Shown: positions 14,401 to 29,400, counted from the first letter of the whole stretch. The stretch: 63,551 nt of DNA, filler included, from Dimorphilus gyrociliatus (GCA_904063045.1; 3 parts of 3 records of this genome joined end to end with filler, not necessarily neighbours in it); one strand, 5' to 3'. Made by a program: numbers and translations. Notes: a model not told the origin generated them from the sequence alone.

Positions 14401-17252
14401 TCTATTTAATATATATATAGTTCGTGTCATTCGCTTTACATAAATCTATCGTTTATATATTTTTACAGGTGGAAAAATTCACGACTCTTGCTATTTTTAG
14501 AAATAATAACTATTTTTAAATTGTCTTCTTTTTTCATTTATCGTCAAGACACTTTCAACTGATAAATTTTACAATTTTTCAATGAATAATAAAGCTATTT
14601 AATGCATATGTAATATGTATTTCACTATCAGAAGTGTACACCAAGTATATAGTGTATAAGGTAAATAATACATTTTATATACTATTCATATAATTGCATT
14701 CATATAGTAAATATTTTTATGAATAATTAAGCAGACTCATCAATCTTTTCATTAATTTTCCGAAGATAAATACAAGGAAAGTAAATAAGAAAAAGAAAAA
14801 GAAGCAGAAGAAATAGAAAAAAAGGATGGAAAAATATCAACATTATCTTATTATAAACGAATAATAAAATAATAATGCCCATGTCTAAAAATTTGATAGA
14901 TTATAAACTTAAATTGTAGAAAACTCTGTGAATAGGGAGACCTTATTATATTATCTTTGCAAAGATATTTATACCTTATTATATTAGTTTATTATTGTAA
15001 GAAAAACAGAGAATATATTTTGATGAGAAATGATATAATGAATATTTAAATAGAGGAAGTGAATATTCTTAAAAATAACATAATAAATTTACATATATAT
15101 ATATGTATCTATACAATTAAGTTATTAAATTAAAAGAAAATTCATTAACTAAGGAGAATTTCATATGTTAAATTAAGTTATAATAAACAATGAAATACTT
15201 TTATAGTTTCTCCTTTTAGACAAGAAGTAGTACATTTGATAATATACTGTTTAGCAGTCATTTATTAAAATTAATAGTATTACATGTATAGTAAGAGATT
15301 GTACATATCATATGCAGAAGAGTAAATTACATTATATTAATGATATGTACATATTCTGAGTTTAGTATAAATGAGTTTTACATTCGATCATGATTAGAAG
15401 ATTGTTAATAAGTAGAAGAACTTAGAGGAAAGAGATTAATGAATACGTGTTAAGTTTACTTCACAAGATAATCGATAATAGAACCATTAATTTCAATGCA
15501 ATTGAAGTATATATAATTTTTCTTGGCTACTTATAATTTAAGATATTTTTTTGTAACCCAATATTGCCTAGTGTTGATGTATATTTATTAAAAATGTTCC
15601 AAAAATGGGACAATATAAATATTTTCTTCGAAAAAGATAAGCTATTGTTTTCCATTAGATGATTAACTACAAATACTATTCGTTTCCCCAGTTTATCAAC
15701 ACAATATCTATTTATGGAAAGAAATCTCAAGAAATTGTATATTGTCCATTTGACTAAGTTTTGTATAGAGATAAGAATGGTTGTAAATTAACCAATATGA
15801 CTTTTGTGTCGGTCAGAAAACAGCTAAAGTTGTAATTAAAGGTAAATTTGATGTAAGCCATAAAAGTGGAGTGTGAAATCTTATACATGTGTAACGTAAA
15901 ATGAGGCTATAGTGCTTTAAACAAAACTTTAAATCCACTCTTCCGGTTCATCATTTCATAAATATAAGAATGAATATTATTACAAATACGTAATAAATCC
16001 AATAAACAACATTTTTCATATGATGTTAATACATATTTATAAATCTTGTTAATTTGGTAAACTTACACGTAAGAAACTAATTAACTTATATAATACATTA
16101 ATTATCAATTTATAAATGTATATATGAAATAAACAAATTGATTTTTTCCTGGGGCCAACAGAATGGTTTAAAATAGAACCAGTTTTAGAAACTGTATAGT
16201 GTACTCTCTTCAACATTTTAGCCCATTATTTAAAAGAGTGATATAGTGTTGTTATTTTTTATTCACTTCTATAGGATTTTTAAGTAAACTTTATTTAATA
16301 TTCCTTATTATATTTCATAAAATGTAACAAAAGAAACTAATTTTTTTTAGATAGATTTCCCGCTCATGCTTCTTGTTTCTTTATTTTATATATGGGACTC
16401 TCTCCTATTTAGAATACAAGTACACATACACACATACATACATATATGTATTTATAGAAAGTTGTTTTTAATGTCCAAAGAAGGTATTGTAAATAACTAG
16501 GGTCATTCAATAATAAAAATTGATTCACAATAGTAGTTCATTTCTGATCGACACATTTCTACTCAATCTACATCTTTCAACTAAAGATAAACCAATAATA
16601 TCCAAAAGAGGAAGTAGAAAAAGCTCAAGGAAATAAACTAATGATTAAATTGTTGATATTAGACTAAATTTATGAATGAATATTCCCTAATCTATAAAAA
16701 GAAGCTCTGATTACATCACCTAGAATAATAAGATATTGAATTTCAGATGAAATTTACATGTCCTACTGATATTTTTAATTAATACGACTTTCAGATTATC
16801 ATTTGTAAATAATACAATTATTAGATTATTTTTTTCCCACGATAAACGAAAAGACATGGTGCGTCTGTAAGGGATAACACTGGACTGAATAACACCTCAT
16901 TTGTTTATATTTGTAATTCCTAATTAAAGAATATTAAGAGTAGTAGGAAAAATATTAGGTAAACAAATTTTCATGGTTTGTTTTACTAGAAACTGAACAA
17001 GCTGAAACAGATTTAAACTGATTTACTGGAAATAAAAATATTTGATTTATTCGGAAAGCGGCTAAAGTGAATGAGCTAAAACCTAATTTTATTGGGTCTT
17101 CGTCGCTAAAAAAGGGTACTTCTCCTTTGACGGTAAAAAGCTAATCAACTATAAAACTTAGGCGGACCTACGTATCTAAGGAATATATTTACGGTGCTGC
17201 CACCCATACGTTATGTTAGATATATTTGCAGTTTTGCAGCTCCGGAGGAAAA

Positions 17253-20200
17253 ATGCTTATCGCTTTTCTCTTCCCTCTTCTACTGCAAACCATAGCCGAC
17301 GATCACTATGCGGATATAAAAGATATAAATATTGCTGCTATTCTATCAGTTCATGCATACGATAAGCACCAGTTTTGCGGTAAAGAATTAAGAGAAATTG
17401 GCGCTTTGCAGTATGTTGAAGCAGTAGTATGGGCTGTTAAGCAGATAAATTCAAATAAAACATATCTAAAAAATTTGGATATGGGCTATGTAATCTTAGA
17501 TGACTGCAATAAGGATACGTCGGCGCTGAAACAAACTCTTCATGTCATGCCGAAGCACATGAGAAAAGGAGTAAATGGTTCTTTGACCTTTTATGACGTC
17601 ATTGGAGTGCTTGGGGCAGAAAGTTCACCTTCGAGTATTATGGTTGCAAATCTCTTATCATTATTCGAAATTGCCCAGATCTCACCGTTAGCCAGCTCAG
17701 ACGCTTTGTCGGATAGGGATCGTTATCCATATTTTTTGAGGATGGTACCGGCCGACAAACATCAGGTTAGTCGCTAAAATAACCTTAACAAACTAATATT
17801 TCTAATAGTTTGCATTGTTTTCCCTCTCTCTCTAACTAATTGTAAAAAGGAATAGAAATTAATTTATAAATTGAAAAGTAAGAAAAGAGAAAATAGTTGA
17901 TAATTTTTGATGATTGAAAAGAAACCCCGTTGTCAATTGATGCGAAACCCTTGATAAAGTTTAGAAAATCCTAGTCAGCAAAAAGCACTTGAAATTTACT
18001 AATTTCTTTAACTCGACTTTTCTCTTTGCATTTCCAAACCCATATGTTAACAGTCATATTTCTATTCTACTGTGAATGAAGGTTATCAGTAATTGCTTAT
18101 TTGGCGCGAGATTGTTTTAGATTTAAAAAAGTCGGATATTAACAATGACAAGCTTCATCCGATTATTTACAGAATTGAAACGAAATAGCCGGAAGTTCAT
18201 TAATAAGTCACTATTAAAACTGTTTAAAATCAAATTTTATATTATTAAATGTTTTGGTATTCCAATTATTTTCTGTATATATGTCTAATGAAAATAATTC
18301 AGCTAAAAATAGATATTACTCTATCAGAATAAGATTTAGAACATTGACCCTTTTTTTACCAATTCGTTAATATCTATATAAGTTTCCCAATTATTGGTCC
18401 AATTTTCGAGTTAATGAATAATTTAATCTTAAAATATAGGATACAGCTGAATAATAATTGCATTTAAGAGATAGAGTTAGAGAGAAAACGCAAAATCTAG
18501 CGAACTCCTCTAAACAATTAATATTTTATTCATAATCCTTTCTCTTTCCTCTTTTAAATCCTTTTTCGTTATTTTATATTATTTTATGATAATCTCTTAT
18601 TAAAAGGTGCTTGGTATAATCAATTTGCTTCTACATTTCAATTGGACGTTTATTAATGTCGTCTACTCGAAGGGTAGCTATGGTTCAAAGGCGGCCGAGA
18701 GTCTCAAGGGTGAAGCCAAACGTCATTCCATTTGTCTAGACATGGTTAAAATTATACGGCAACAGGATCCAGTCAGTGCCTATGATAAAATTGTTGCTGA
18801 TTTTAAAAAAAGTGAAGCCAGAGTCATCGTCGTTTATTTGGATCAGGAAGAGTTGCATATGCTTTTTTCAGCAGTAATCCGAGCAGACTTAGTGGATAAT
18901 TTCACTTGGGTTGGCAGCGACGGTCTAGGTTTAAATACTGACGATATGCAAGGAGTTGAAAGCGTTGCTCGGCGGGCACTGGCCTTGAGAACGCAAACTT
19001 CTATTGTAGATGAATTTCAAGACTATTTTAAACAGTTAAATCCAGACAAGGCACCTGGAAACCCCTGGATTAAAGAAATGTGGGAAAAAATGTTTGATTG
19101 TAGCTGGAATATAGACTGTGATAAATCCAAAGTAGTGGGTGACTCAAAGCTTTATGATCCAGAGGGTTCAGTCGGAAAGATCATTGACATTGTGTATGCC
19201 TTTGCTGAAGCAGTTTCGATTATTATCCATCAAGACTGTCCAGATGTTGTTGGTGATCAATTAGATCATTGTCTCCGAGGTAAAAAGATTTATTCTCGTC
19301 TTCGCGAATTGTCCTTCAAAGGTTAACAATCAATAATGAAATTAAGCTACCTGTAAAATAGTAGATACCAAAACCCATAAAAAAACAACCAGAAAAGATA
19401 AAAATCGTTTATAATTTTCCAATGGCCTAACGTCTCATTTATTTCAATTTTTTTATCTTTCCTAAAAAATTTGCCCATCTCTCTTAAGGTTGAAGATAAA
19501 AGTAAAATCTTCAACAAGGATACGGTAAAAGTGTTGCATAGTGGAAAAAATTGATATTTTTTCTTTATAGTATAGATATCATAGTCCAGAAATTATTAAT
19601 CTACATCTTTATGAAAGTAAACGTTAAGAGTTTATCAAAATTAAGTATATGAAGGAAACTGAATACATGGGAAAACAAACAATATTGATGGTTTAACAGC
19701 TGAAAGGTTAACTTTTAAAAGTAAAAGTAATCAGATAAAATCATTCTAGACCAAATTGGTCACATGACTTATGCAAAAATCTGTTTTACTATTCTCCAGC
19801 ATGTTTCCCACTTGGAATACAAACGATATATTCTAAAATACAAAAGCTCCAGTTAATTATGGAATGCGATTATGCTATATCTAGACATAACTGAACTGTA
19901 GTGTGTATCTGTTGTAATATATTGAAAACATAAGGGTAAAACCCATATTAGATCCAGATCAACGATACCAAACAGTCACGTGCGTGAACTTACAAATCAA
20001 TCAACCAAAAGTAGAGGTAGTTTGTCACTTTAACTAAATTATCTTACTATAGTTTTATACGGATCTCTCAACAGCTAAGACCCCCCCGCCTTAGCTTCTC
20101 CACCCCCTCTTTTTATTCTCTTCATCTGTTACCTTGCCAAAGAAATGTTCTTTTTTTTTATCTGTATATAATAAAACGGAGAAAAGAAAATAATTAATCG

Positions 20201-20635
20201 GGAAATTTTCTCCATCTATACTAAAGAAGACTACGTAAAACTAGCTCTTTCTTATTGATTTTTTCCCAAAATTTCTTGGAAAAAGTCCAATGTTATTTAA
20301 ATCATCTTTAACAAAACTAGACTGCAATATTTAAAAAAATTCACATGCAGATATTAGTCTCAATATATTTATTATAAGGAAGAAGTCTTTGTCTCTTTTG
20401 CCAACAGAAATGAAATATAATGACACCGGAATAACGTGAAAACTATCCTTTAACTTGTAACAAAGTGATGACACCCATTAACTCTTCAATTATCTAGTTA
20501 GCGATAGTTTATAAACTTCGTTTTTGAAATAATATAAAGGATTATTTCCAGGGAGGTTTCCTGGCAACGCATTACTCACGGGAATTGATTGTTATTTTAA
20601 CAATATAATCATATTATTTGTAAATTTTATATATA

Positions 20636-20670
<35 letters not shown>

Positions 20671-22095
20671 CATTACATATATATATATATATATATATAT
20701 GTTAAGAAATGTTCAAAAATAACAATAAAAAACACAAACTAAGCAAATTTTATATACAATATAATAATTTTATTGATTGCTAACCTTTTAAATCAAAGGA
20801 AAATCTGGTCATGTTGAGTTTACAGAGGATGGAGATATTCAAGATGGCTACGAAATTGTTGTATTAGAAGAAAAGGGTCACAATGTGTATAAATCTTCTA
20901 AAGTAGCTGAATTTAATATTGGAAATTCTAATTTAACATTCTATCGACCTGTTAATTGGCCAAATGGCAATCCACCAGTTTCTTCTTGTGGGCCAACTTG
21001 TAGACCCGGCTACGTATATTCCTACGGGAAGAATACCTGTTGCTGGCGGTGTCTACAATGTTCACTAAATGAGATAACTATAAACGACACCCATTGCGCC
21101 CCTTGTCCGGAATCGGAATGGCCAGATATCACCTTTTCTCGTTGTGATCCAATAGCGGCTGAAATTATTCCATGGAATGATCCCCTAGCTATAGTTATGA
21201 GAGTATTGGGGATATTAGGAACGTTCGTTTGCTTCATCGTTTTCTTTTTTTACGTTAAAGTGAGACTTCTTTTAAAGAATCTTCAACCACAGAGAAACCA
21301 TGAAAATCTTAAATTATATATTTACAAACATAATCAATTTTCTAATGTACTAGTATTTAAATGACGAGGGTAGAGGCAAATTCTAAATATCTTAAATTTG
21401 TATAATTTATTTATTCCTGATGATACAAGGCGATTGATCAATGCGACACCTGATCAACTTCGAAGTAGAGCACGATTTTTTTTTTATCTTTTTGAGAATA
21501 TTACTTTAACACTTGTTTACTATTTGGTTTTAAAAAGTAGAGTTAAGGGATTGGAAGCTCTCGAAAACTAAATATTCTTAAGTCTACTTAAGAGAGCGTA
21601 AAAACCTCTTTCTAAGATCTTTTTGTTTCCATAATCACTTGTAATTATAAGTACAATATAACATGATAAACAAAAAAGGGAGGGAAATTCAAATATGGTT
21701 TTAGCCTAGGGGAGTTTGGAAAAAGGGTTTCTCCAGTTTTACCATTAAAGTTCTATTGGTTATCTTGTCAGATATTTTATTAGAAGTGTCACTTTAAGCA
21801 CTCTGAAGCAAAAATTATTAAGGCTACCAGCAGAGAGTTATCTTTTATAATGTTAGGAGGAAGTAGTATACATTATGTATTGGTTTTAACTATCGTTTGT
21901 CAACCACAGACTTTTATTTGTTATTTAAACTATATTGGCTGCAACGTTTGTTTTACGGTCGTCTATTCCGCTCTACTGATTCGAACTAACCGAATTTACC
22001 GGATTTTTAAGCATGGTAGACGAACAAAAGCACCGCCAAATTTAACATCGCCTCTCTCCCAGGTTCTACTCTCCTTCAGTCTTGTTTCTATACAG
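17253..22095 (+). CDS. Class C GPCR, metabotropic-glutamate-receptor-like (Venus flytrap + cysteine-rich domain + TM1-3); 3' part not found before the gap
   Basis: Exons 17253-17765 (signal peptide MLIAFLFPLLLQTIA; YFLRMVPAD), 18607-19321 (GSYG, WVGSDG, NPWIKEMWEKMFDC), 20799-21259 (CGPTC..CCWRC..C..C cysteine-rich domain; TM1), 21799-22095 (IKATSRELS, TM2-3, RTNRIYRIF). Splice phases are consistent. The TM4-7 exons were not seen before 23368. Confidence 0.92.
20638..20700. repeat. Interrupted (AT)n microsatellite
   Basis: Direct sequence; intronic. Confidence 0.9.
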
Positions 22096-23368
22096 GTAAG
22101 AAGTTTTATTTGCTAGATTTTTCTTTCCTTCTTTACATTAACGCATTTTGCTTATCTACATAAAAACTACGGTTGTCTATTTCTTGTATTTATATGTACA
22201 GTTTACACACAAATCGATAAAAAAGAACAAATAATTTCTTTATTTTTCTTCATTGACCCTCCTAGAATAAAGTGTGAAAACTGCGTAGTTTTGATTTTCA
22301 TCATGGAAAAATTACCTTTATATTGACTAAACATTCACGTTTCTTACGAAATTAGCTCTTCCCTATCAATCATTTGTTTAGTATTTATCTTCAGTTCATA
22401 TACAATTTAAAATATAATTCAATAGAAATTAACTTGTTAATTATCATTATTTTATTATGAGATATCTTTCATTTAAGAAAATATATATTGAACGTTTATT
22501 GCCTATATCATTAATTCCTTTGCACGGTTCAAATTTGCCTTATTGATCCTATTTAATGCCAAATCAATTGTCGCATAACTAAGCAGAAAAGATTCGTGAT
22601 TTACTTTTTCAATTCTACTGCTGTAATATTTGTAAAAAATGAGAGTAAAGGAGAAACGAATAGTTTCTCCTCTACCCTACTATGTGAAAGAAAGTAAAAC
22701 TGTCAAAAATATAAAAACAGTTACTTTGGTATGCAATAAACTTGATCTTAAGTGTAAGAATCTATTATATCTAAAGGATGTACTTTTTATAAACCTCTTA
22801 GTACAGTTATAAGAGATTTAAAATGGGGATGAATACTTCGAAAAACAGAAAAGACAAATACAAAATGGGTTTTCGTAAAGTAGCATTGTCACCACGTTTT
22901 TTTTCTTACTATCTAATGCATTGTAGTAGTTTTATATCACAAGCTTGACTTTGATGTCCAAAGTAGGTAAAGACATGCGATTCTAATTATATTTGCTATT
23001 AAATACTATATTTTCTCTTTTATTTCAAAATATAGTATTATTTTATCTGGACTTTGTGATCAAATCATTTATGTTGTAAATAACAGCTATCTTAATGCGT
23101 ATTTAACTTTTATTATTATATATAAGCTTATCTACAGTATATACACTATAATAAATTTAGTGTACACATTATTTGTAATACAGTGCTTATCTTGATAAAT
23201 AAGGGTGTTATACAGCTAAGAGTGCATTGAAAGACAAATACTAGAAATTGAGATGAGTGCGTATTGTTTTAAATTATTAGGAAACATTGGTAAAACTATA
23301 TAGTGATAGTAATACGCCCTTAGTTTTGATATAAAATTATAAAATTTTATTGTTAATACGAATTAAAG

Positions 23369-23468
23369 NNNNNNNNNNNNNNNNNNNNNNNNNNNNNNNN
23401 NNNNNNNNNNNNTTAATTAATTAANNNNNNNNNNNNNNNNNNNNNNNNNNNNNNNNNNNNNNNNNNNN
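23369..23468. other. Artificial contig linker / gap
   Basis: 44 N + TTAATTAATTAA (stops in all six frames) + 44 N. Confidence 0.97.
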
Positions 23469-26400
23469 CAACAAATGTCTCTTGTATAGCTGAATTTGAG
23501 AATATTTCCAAAGACCTATCGTTTAATGATAAGGATGTTACCTTTATCAATTTACTCAGTGGTTTTCGTATTAATCATCATTATCCAGCCATATTCAACT
23601 CAAGACGCCTAAGGAACGTTTCTATTAAAGCGTACTGTTATAATAAAGTATCCAATAGATCATTTCTAGAGAAACTTATCCTTGAAGAAGAGATTTTGGG
23701 CCTAAATGTTCAAATCAGTAAGAATATTTTATCAGTAGCTGATAGGCTGCAAGTGAATATATCAACTCTAACTGGAAGCAATATGAATGTATCAATTGAT
23801 TTTGGAGATGGAAACCAGTCTAATCTGATAATTGATAGTCTGGCAATTATCTATCAATTAAATTATACCTACAAGACTATTGGAATATTTCAATTGAGAA
23901 CTAAAATATTTAATTCTGTGAATTCCGTTACAAGTAAACACGAAATTACTGTTCAAAATAGGATTGCTAATGCAACTTTCTCTTTGAATTATCAAGAACC
24001 TAGTACTCTATTTATAAATATTAAACAGTATATTCCGTTAATTTTGCCCACAAACGTTACCTGTTTAATTGATATTGGAAGAGAAAATAGAACAATTCTC
24101 CAAAATCTGAATCTATTAACCGGAAGTTCAATAAATTTCACTTTGGACAGAATATACAACAAAAAAGAATTTAAACATGTCAGCGTTACGAGTAAATGTT
24201 ATAATTTGGTTTCTACCGTTGTTTACCGTAGAAATGTAACGCTTAGAGAAGAGATTAGCGGATTGAATGTTCAAGTTAACAAAAGTTTATTAAAAGTAAA
24301 TGAAACTTTAAATTACACAATTCAAACAAAGAGTGGTGATAATATTTCACTCGAATTGAATTTTGGAGATGGAAATTCAATACGAAAATTGTTTCCAACG
24401 ATAAACGATGGTGAAATGTTATTGTACGAATATTATCGACCAGGCAACTATAGTACAACCGTTACGATAAGAAATAGCGTTAATCAGTTATCTATTACTG
24501 TTCAAGTAATTGTTCAAATGCCAATTTTGGATCTTCAAATTAAAGGCAACTCTACAGGAAGTTTAGATCAACAGCCTGTAAATTTTTCAATTAATGTTAA
24601 CAAAAAAGGCAAACAATATCCTCCTACAAACGTTTTTTGTCAATTTCAACCGAAATACGACAATTTATTAAATTTTACGTTTTTATACTGGCCTAAATTG
24701 AGTTCAGATTTCAAATCAATAACGTTAAGTCATCAATACGTTAAAGAAGACGTTGGTAAAAATATCACTGTTCGAATCAACTGTAAAAATCTTGTTAGCA
24801 AATTCGAAAAAATTCATAATATTAATATTTTTGAAAAAGTTCGAGGTTTGTCATTAAAAGTTGACAAACTCGCTTTTAGAGTAATGGAGAATATTCTTCT
24901 AGAGTATAAACTTGAAACTGGGTCATCGGTTCACTATACAATTCATTATTTATCAACAATTTTTAGGAGGGAGCAACCCAGTTTATTCGCCAATAACAAA
25001 TCGTTAATAACCAGTCTAAAATTTTCAAAAACTGGAAACTATTCCGTAAAAGTAATTGGAGAAAATGAACTAAGTAAAATTGAACAATCCATTGAAATTA
25101 TTATACAAAATACAATTGAAAATATTGGTGTGAAAGCAAATAAATCTATACTATGGCCACCTGGTGTTATTTTTTTTGAACTCTACTCGGAGTCTACTCA
25201 AAATATCCTTACTGATATCTATTGTATATTTAATTTTAGTAATGGCATATTTAGAGATAAATTTCTATCGTCATGGCAACCGTCTACTTCATTTTTCTTT
25301 TCTTTTTACTTTCCAAGAAATGCAGCTGGTAATCTAACAACAAATCTAATTTGTAATAATTTACTATCTGATAAGAAATTGGAGACTGTAACAGAAATTG
25401 TACTAGACGCCGTCGTAATAGAAGAAATAAGGGATAACGGAACAGTCTATTTAACAAATCAAACAACAATTATAACGGAAGTAAGAAGAATGGGGACAAA
25501 CTCTTGCCTTATCTTTGATCTTGGAGATGGAGAATCAACGGAATTAGCCTTCGGAGTTAACGACATCTGTAAGGATTACGCAGATGGAAGATCAATGGAA
25601 TTTACGCAAATACCTTACGAACAACGGACAATTGTAATTGGACACGTTTACAACGAAATAGGTTATTACAATGTCAAAGTTCGTGCTTTTAATCATGTAA
25701 CGGAAGATGAAAAAATGACACGGACAAGAGTTGCTGATTGGTACTGTTTTAGTCCTAATGCAACTGTACCAATTCAATATACTCTACCGCAAAAACCATT
25801 TGAAATAATGAAGAGTTTACCGTTTCAAATTCACGTGAATATTAGTCAGGATTGTATGAAAACTAGTGAAGTTGTATATGAATGGAAAATTATTGAATCG
25901 AGTACCAAATCATTAATTTTTAAAACAACTACAAAAAATTTGAATATTCATGAGAAACGTCTTAATTATGGTAATTATCTTATTGAATATTCAATACATA
26001 TGTTGAACAATTTATACGCTAAGAATACTTATAACTATTTTATTAAAATTATACCGACACCTTTATACGCTGAAATTCAAAATGGTAATTGGACAAGTGC
26101 CAACTACGATACTAATATAACAATCAACGGTGAAATATTAAGCTACGATCCAGATCAAAATTTTCAAGAGAGGACTAAAGGCCTAATTTTTCAATGGCAC
26201 TGTAGGAGAGAAGATGAAAAGCTGAATTTAAAATTAAATAACAAATATACAGGACCAAAATTACGTAATGTCCTTACTATAGAACAATTTCAAGAAAACG
26301 GGGGATGTTTTGGAAATGGTCCTGGATATATTGATAACGATTCTGATGGAATATTGACATTGAATACTTATTTTATGCTACCAAATTCAACTTATATCAT

Positions 26401-29400
26401 CACATTGAAAATTATATCAAACAATGAAAATAGAGAAGCCACCTATGAACAGACTTTGTACTTAAAACCTTCTACAAAACCAATACTCAAATTAAGGTCT
26501 TCTATTTTAATTAATTAATCTTTTTCTAATTTTTTTATTTCTAGGTGCAGAAAGAATTGTTTAGAGAAAACGTCACTCTCGTCTAACACTATTTATCAAG
26601 TGAGTTGTTTGTCGAACTGTTCCAGTCTATTCTGGAAAATAAACTATTTTTGGAAAATTATGGAAAATGTAAATGGAACTTGGAATGCTATTAAAGATAT
26701 TTCACATAAAATTTCTACAAATTTTTCATCAACTGACGTCTTAGAAATCAAGGAAAATGTCCTCACTCCAGGGGTCTATCATATGATCATTGTTGAAGGA
26801 AAATTGGAAGAAATCGGCCATACTGGGTTTATAAATGACACTTTTCTCGTAAATAAACCTCCATTCGGTGGTAAATGTAATTGTCAACCTAGGTTTGGTT
26901 TTGCTTCAATTACAAATTTTCAGATAAGTTGCCTAGGTTGGCAAGAATTTAAAAAGCCAGAGAATGCTACTGGCTTAAAATTTGAATATAGAGCAAGAGC
27001 AAAGGGAAGTAGGATGAGTTTTCTACTATATTTCTCATTTAAAGACGAAGTCGTCTATTTAATGCTGCCAGTTGGCGATCCAAGAAATGAAGTAACGGAA
27101 ACGATAGTCAATGTCATCGATTCGGTTGGAGATTCGTATGAATTTATCTTTGATGTTCACGTTCAACCGCCACCAAAAGCTGAAAATTTACTATTAGATT
27201 TAACTCTTTCTGTTGTTTCCGACGGTATTTTACAACAACAATTGCAAACCGGAAATTATAGTCAAGTGTCTTCAACAATTTATTCCGTAACGTCGATTCT
27301 CAACGCCAATCTTAATAAATCTTTAGAAAATACAAAAAATATGACGGAGAATGATAAAGTTAAAGATTCCTGCGAAAAGAGATTAAAGAGGATTAAGGTA
27401 AATCCATTTAGACTAATCTCAGGTGTTTTCAGACTAAAAGAATTATCATTTACCTAGGCCAGAAAACAAATGATTGATTTTGCAGTAAAACTTCCATCCA
27501 ATTCGGTGGATGAACTGGAACAAAATAACGGGCTTGTTAGTACTTTAGTATACAAACCAAAGGAAGTAGATATTGGGTCACAGGTAAAAAAAAACAAAAG
27601 ATAAATACCAATATTCATATCAATAAATGAAGGCGTAACCCTGTCAATTCTATAGATGACTGTAGCAAATCAAATAGAAAAGTTAAATGGCGTTTTAAAC
27701 AAGCAAAAACTCACAACAAAACTTAAAAAAGATTTATCAATAAGTTACTATCTTTAAAAACATCTATTCAATATTTACAAATAGCTTTCCCTCTTTAACA
27801 TAGGCCTGTTAGAAACTTCTATACTAACAACAACCGCTGCCGATACGTATAAAACGGATGTTATTAGGAAAGAGGAGTTTACAGCGGTTAATGGAACAAA
27901 TAATATAACAACGTTCTTTTGTGACGTTACGTCATTACCTGAAAATATTACGAATAGTCCTAATACGACTAGTGGAAAATTGAAAAATGTTATGACAAAC
28001 GTTCTTCGGGTTATTAACAACGTTACTGATGAATTGTTACTTGAACAAACTGAGGATAGTCCGCCCTTAAATGTTGAGTTTGAACAAATGATTATTAATA
28101 TTGAAAAAGCTTCTATTAATAGAATTCAAAATAGTAGCTATTCATCGAATTTTGGATTAGTAAAATTGAATTCAATTCAAATCCACTCTTCTTGCGCAAC
28201 GAGAAAGTTAATCATGTCCAACATTAATCCTTATATGTGGGATAATTCCTCTTTGAAAGTGACTTCTACTATAATGGATTTTTTAATTCAGCCTTGTAGT
28301 TATCTACTGCCAAAACAACCAAACAGAAAGAGAAGGAGCGTTCAAAACAAACAAGCTTCTACTAATTTCTCATTGACCTTGAACTTGAAAAATAATGATG
28401 AAGGTATTCAATACGTAAATACAACTAAACAATCAGCTATTCACATTCTCAATGCCACAAAGAATATCTTAATACTGACATTTGACCTTAACAAGGGAGA
28501 TGTTTTCTCCGTGCTGATTGGTTATAATTCAAGACCAGTGAATGATAAAAATAACGGATCTTATACCATACCTGATAAGAATAAGACCTGCTCCTCAAAC
28601 CTTGACCAAGAACATTGCGCAGAATATAAAAATACTATAATGCTTAGGCCAATTCAAGATTACGCAATATTTGCGATAGTCAGCTGTTCAAACTGTTCAA
28701 ATCATATTCTGAACTATAGTATTAAAATAGGTTACCCATCGTGTAAACTATGGAAAGGTGAACATTGGGAAGAGGATGATGATTCGTGCACAATTGAAAA
28801 AGAGACAACTGTAACGAAAGCAATGTTTAAAAGTAATCTATTCGGAAGTTTAGGAGCTGGATTAGAGATTGCTCCAAATCTTATCAATTTTCACACAGTG
28901 TTCAATGACTTTTCGAGTAAATTGACTGATAATGCAGCCGTCTTTGGAACAATTTGCTCATTGTTCCTTCTCTTTATCCCTTTGGCTTTGTTAGTGAAGA
29001 GGTTAGATAATAGAGATAGATTATTGTGGACACCCTTACCATTGATAGACAACTTTACTGAGGATAAATACGAATACGAAGTACACGTCTATACAGGAAG
29101 TAGAAAGGATGGTGGTACTAAATCTACAGTAAATTTAAGTTGTTACGGAACAAAATCCAAAACTGAGAATCGAATTTTAAAATCTGAAGAAATAGTTTCC
29201 TTCGAAAAGGGATCAACTAGATCATTCCTGATGACAACACGTGACAGTATAGGATCACTTGTATGTATAAAAGTATCACTTGACAAAATGGATTCATGGT
29301 TTCTGTCAAGAATAATCATCATCGATAAAATATCAAATTCCGTCTATGCTTTCAAATGCGAAAAATGGTTGTCCCTTATTCATGGAGATTGTCAAACCGA

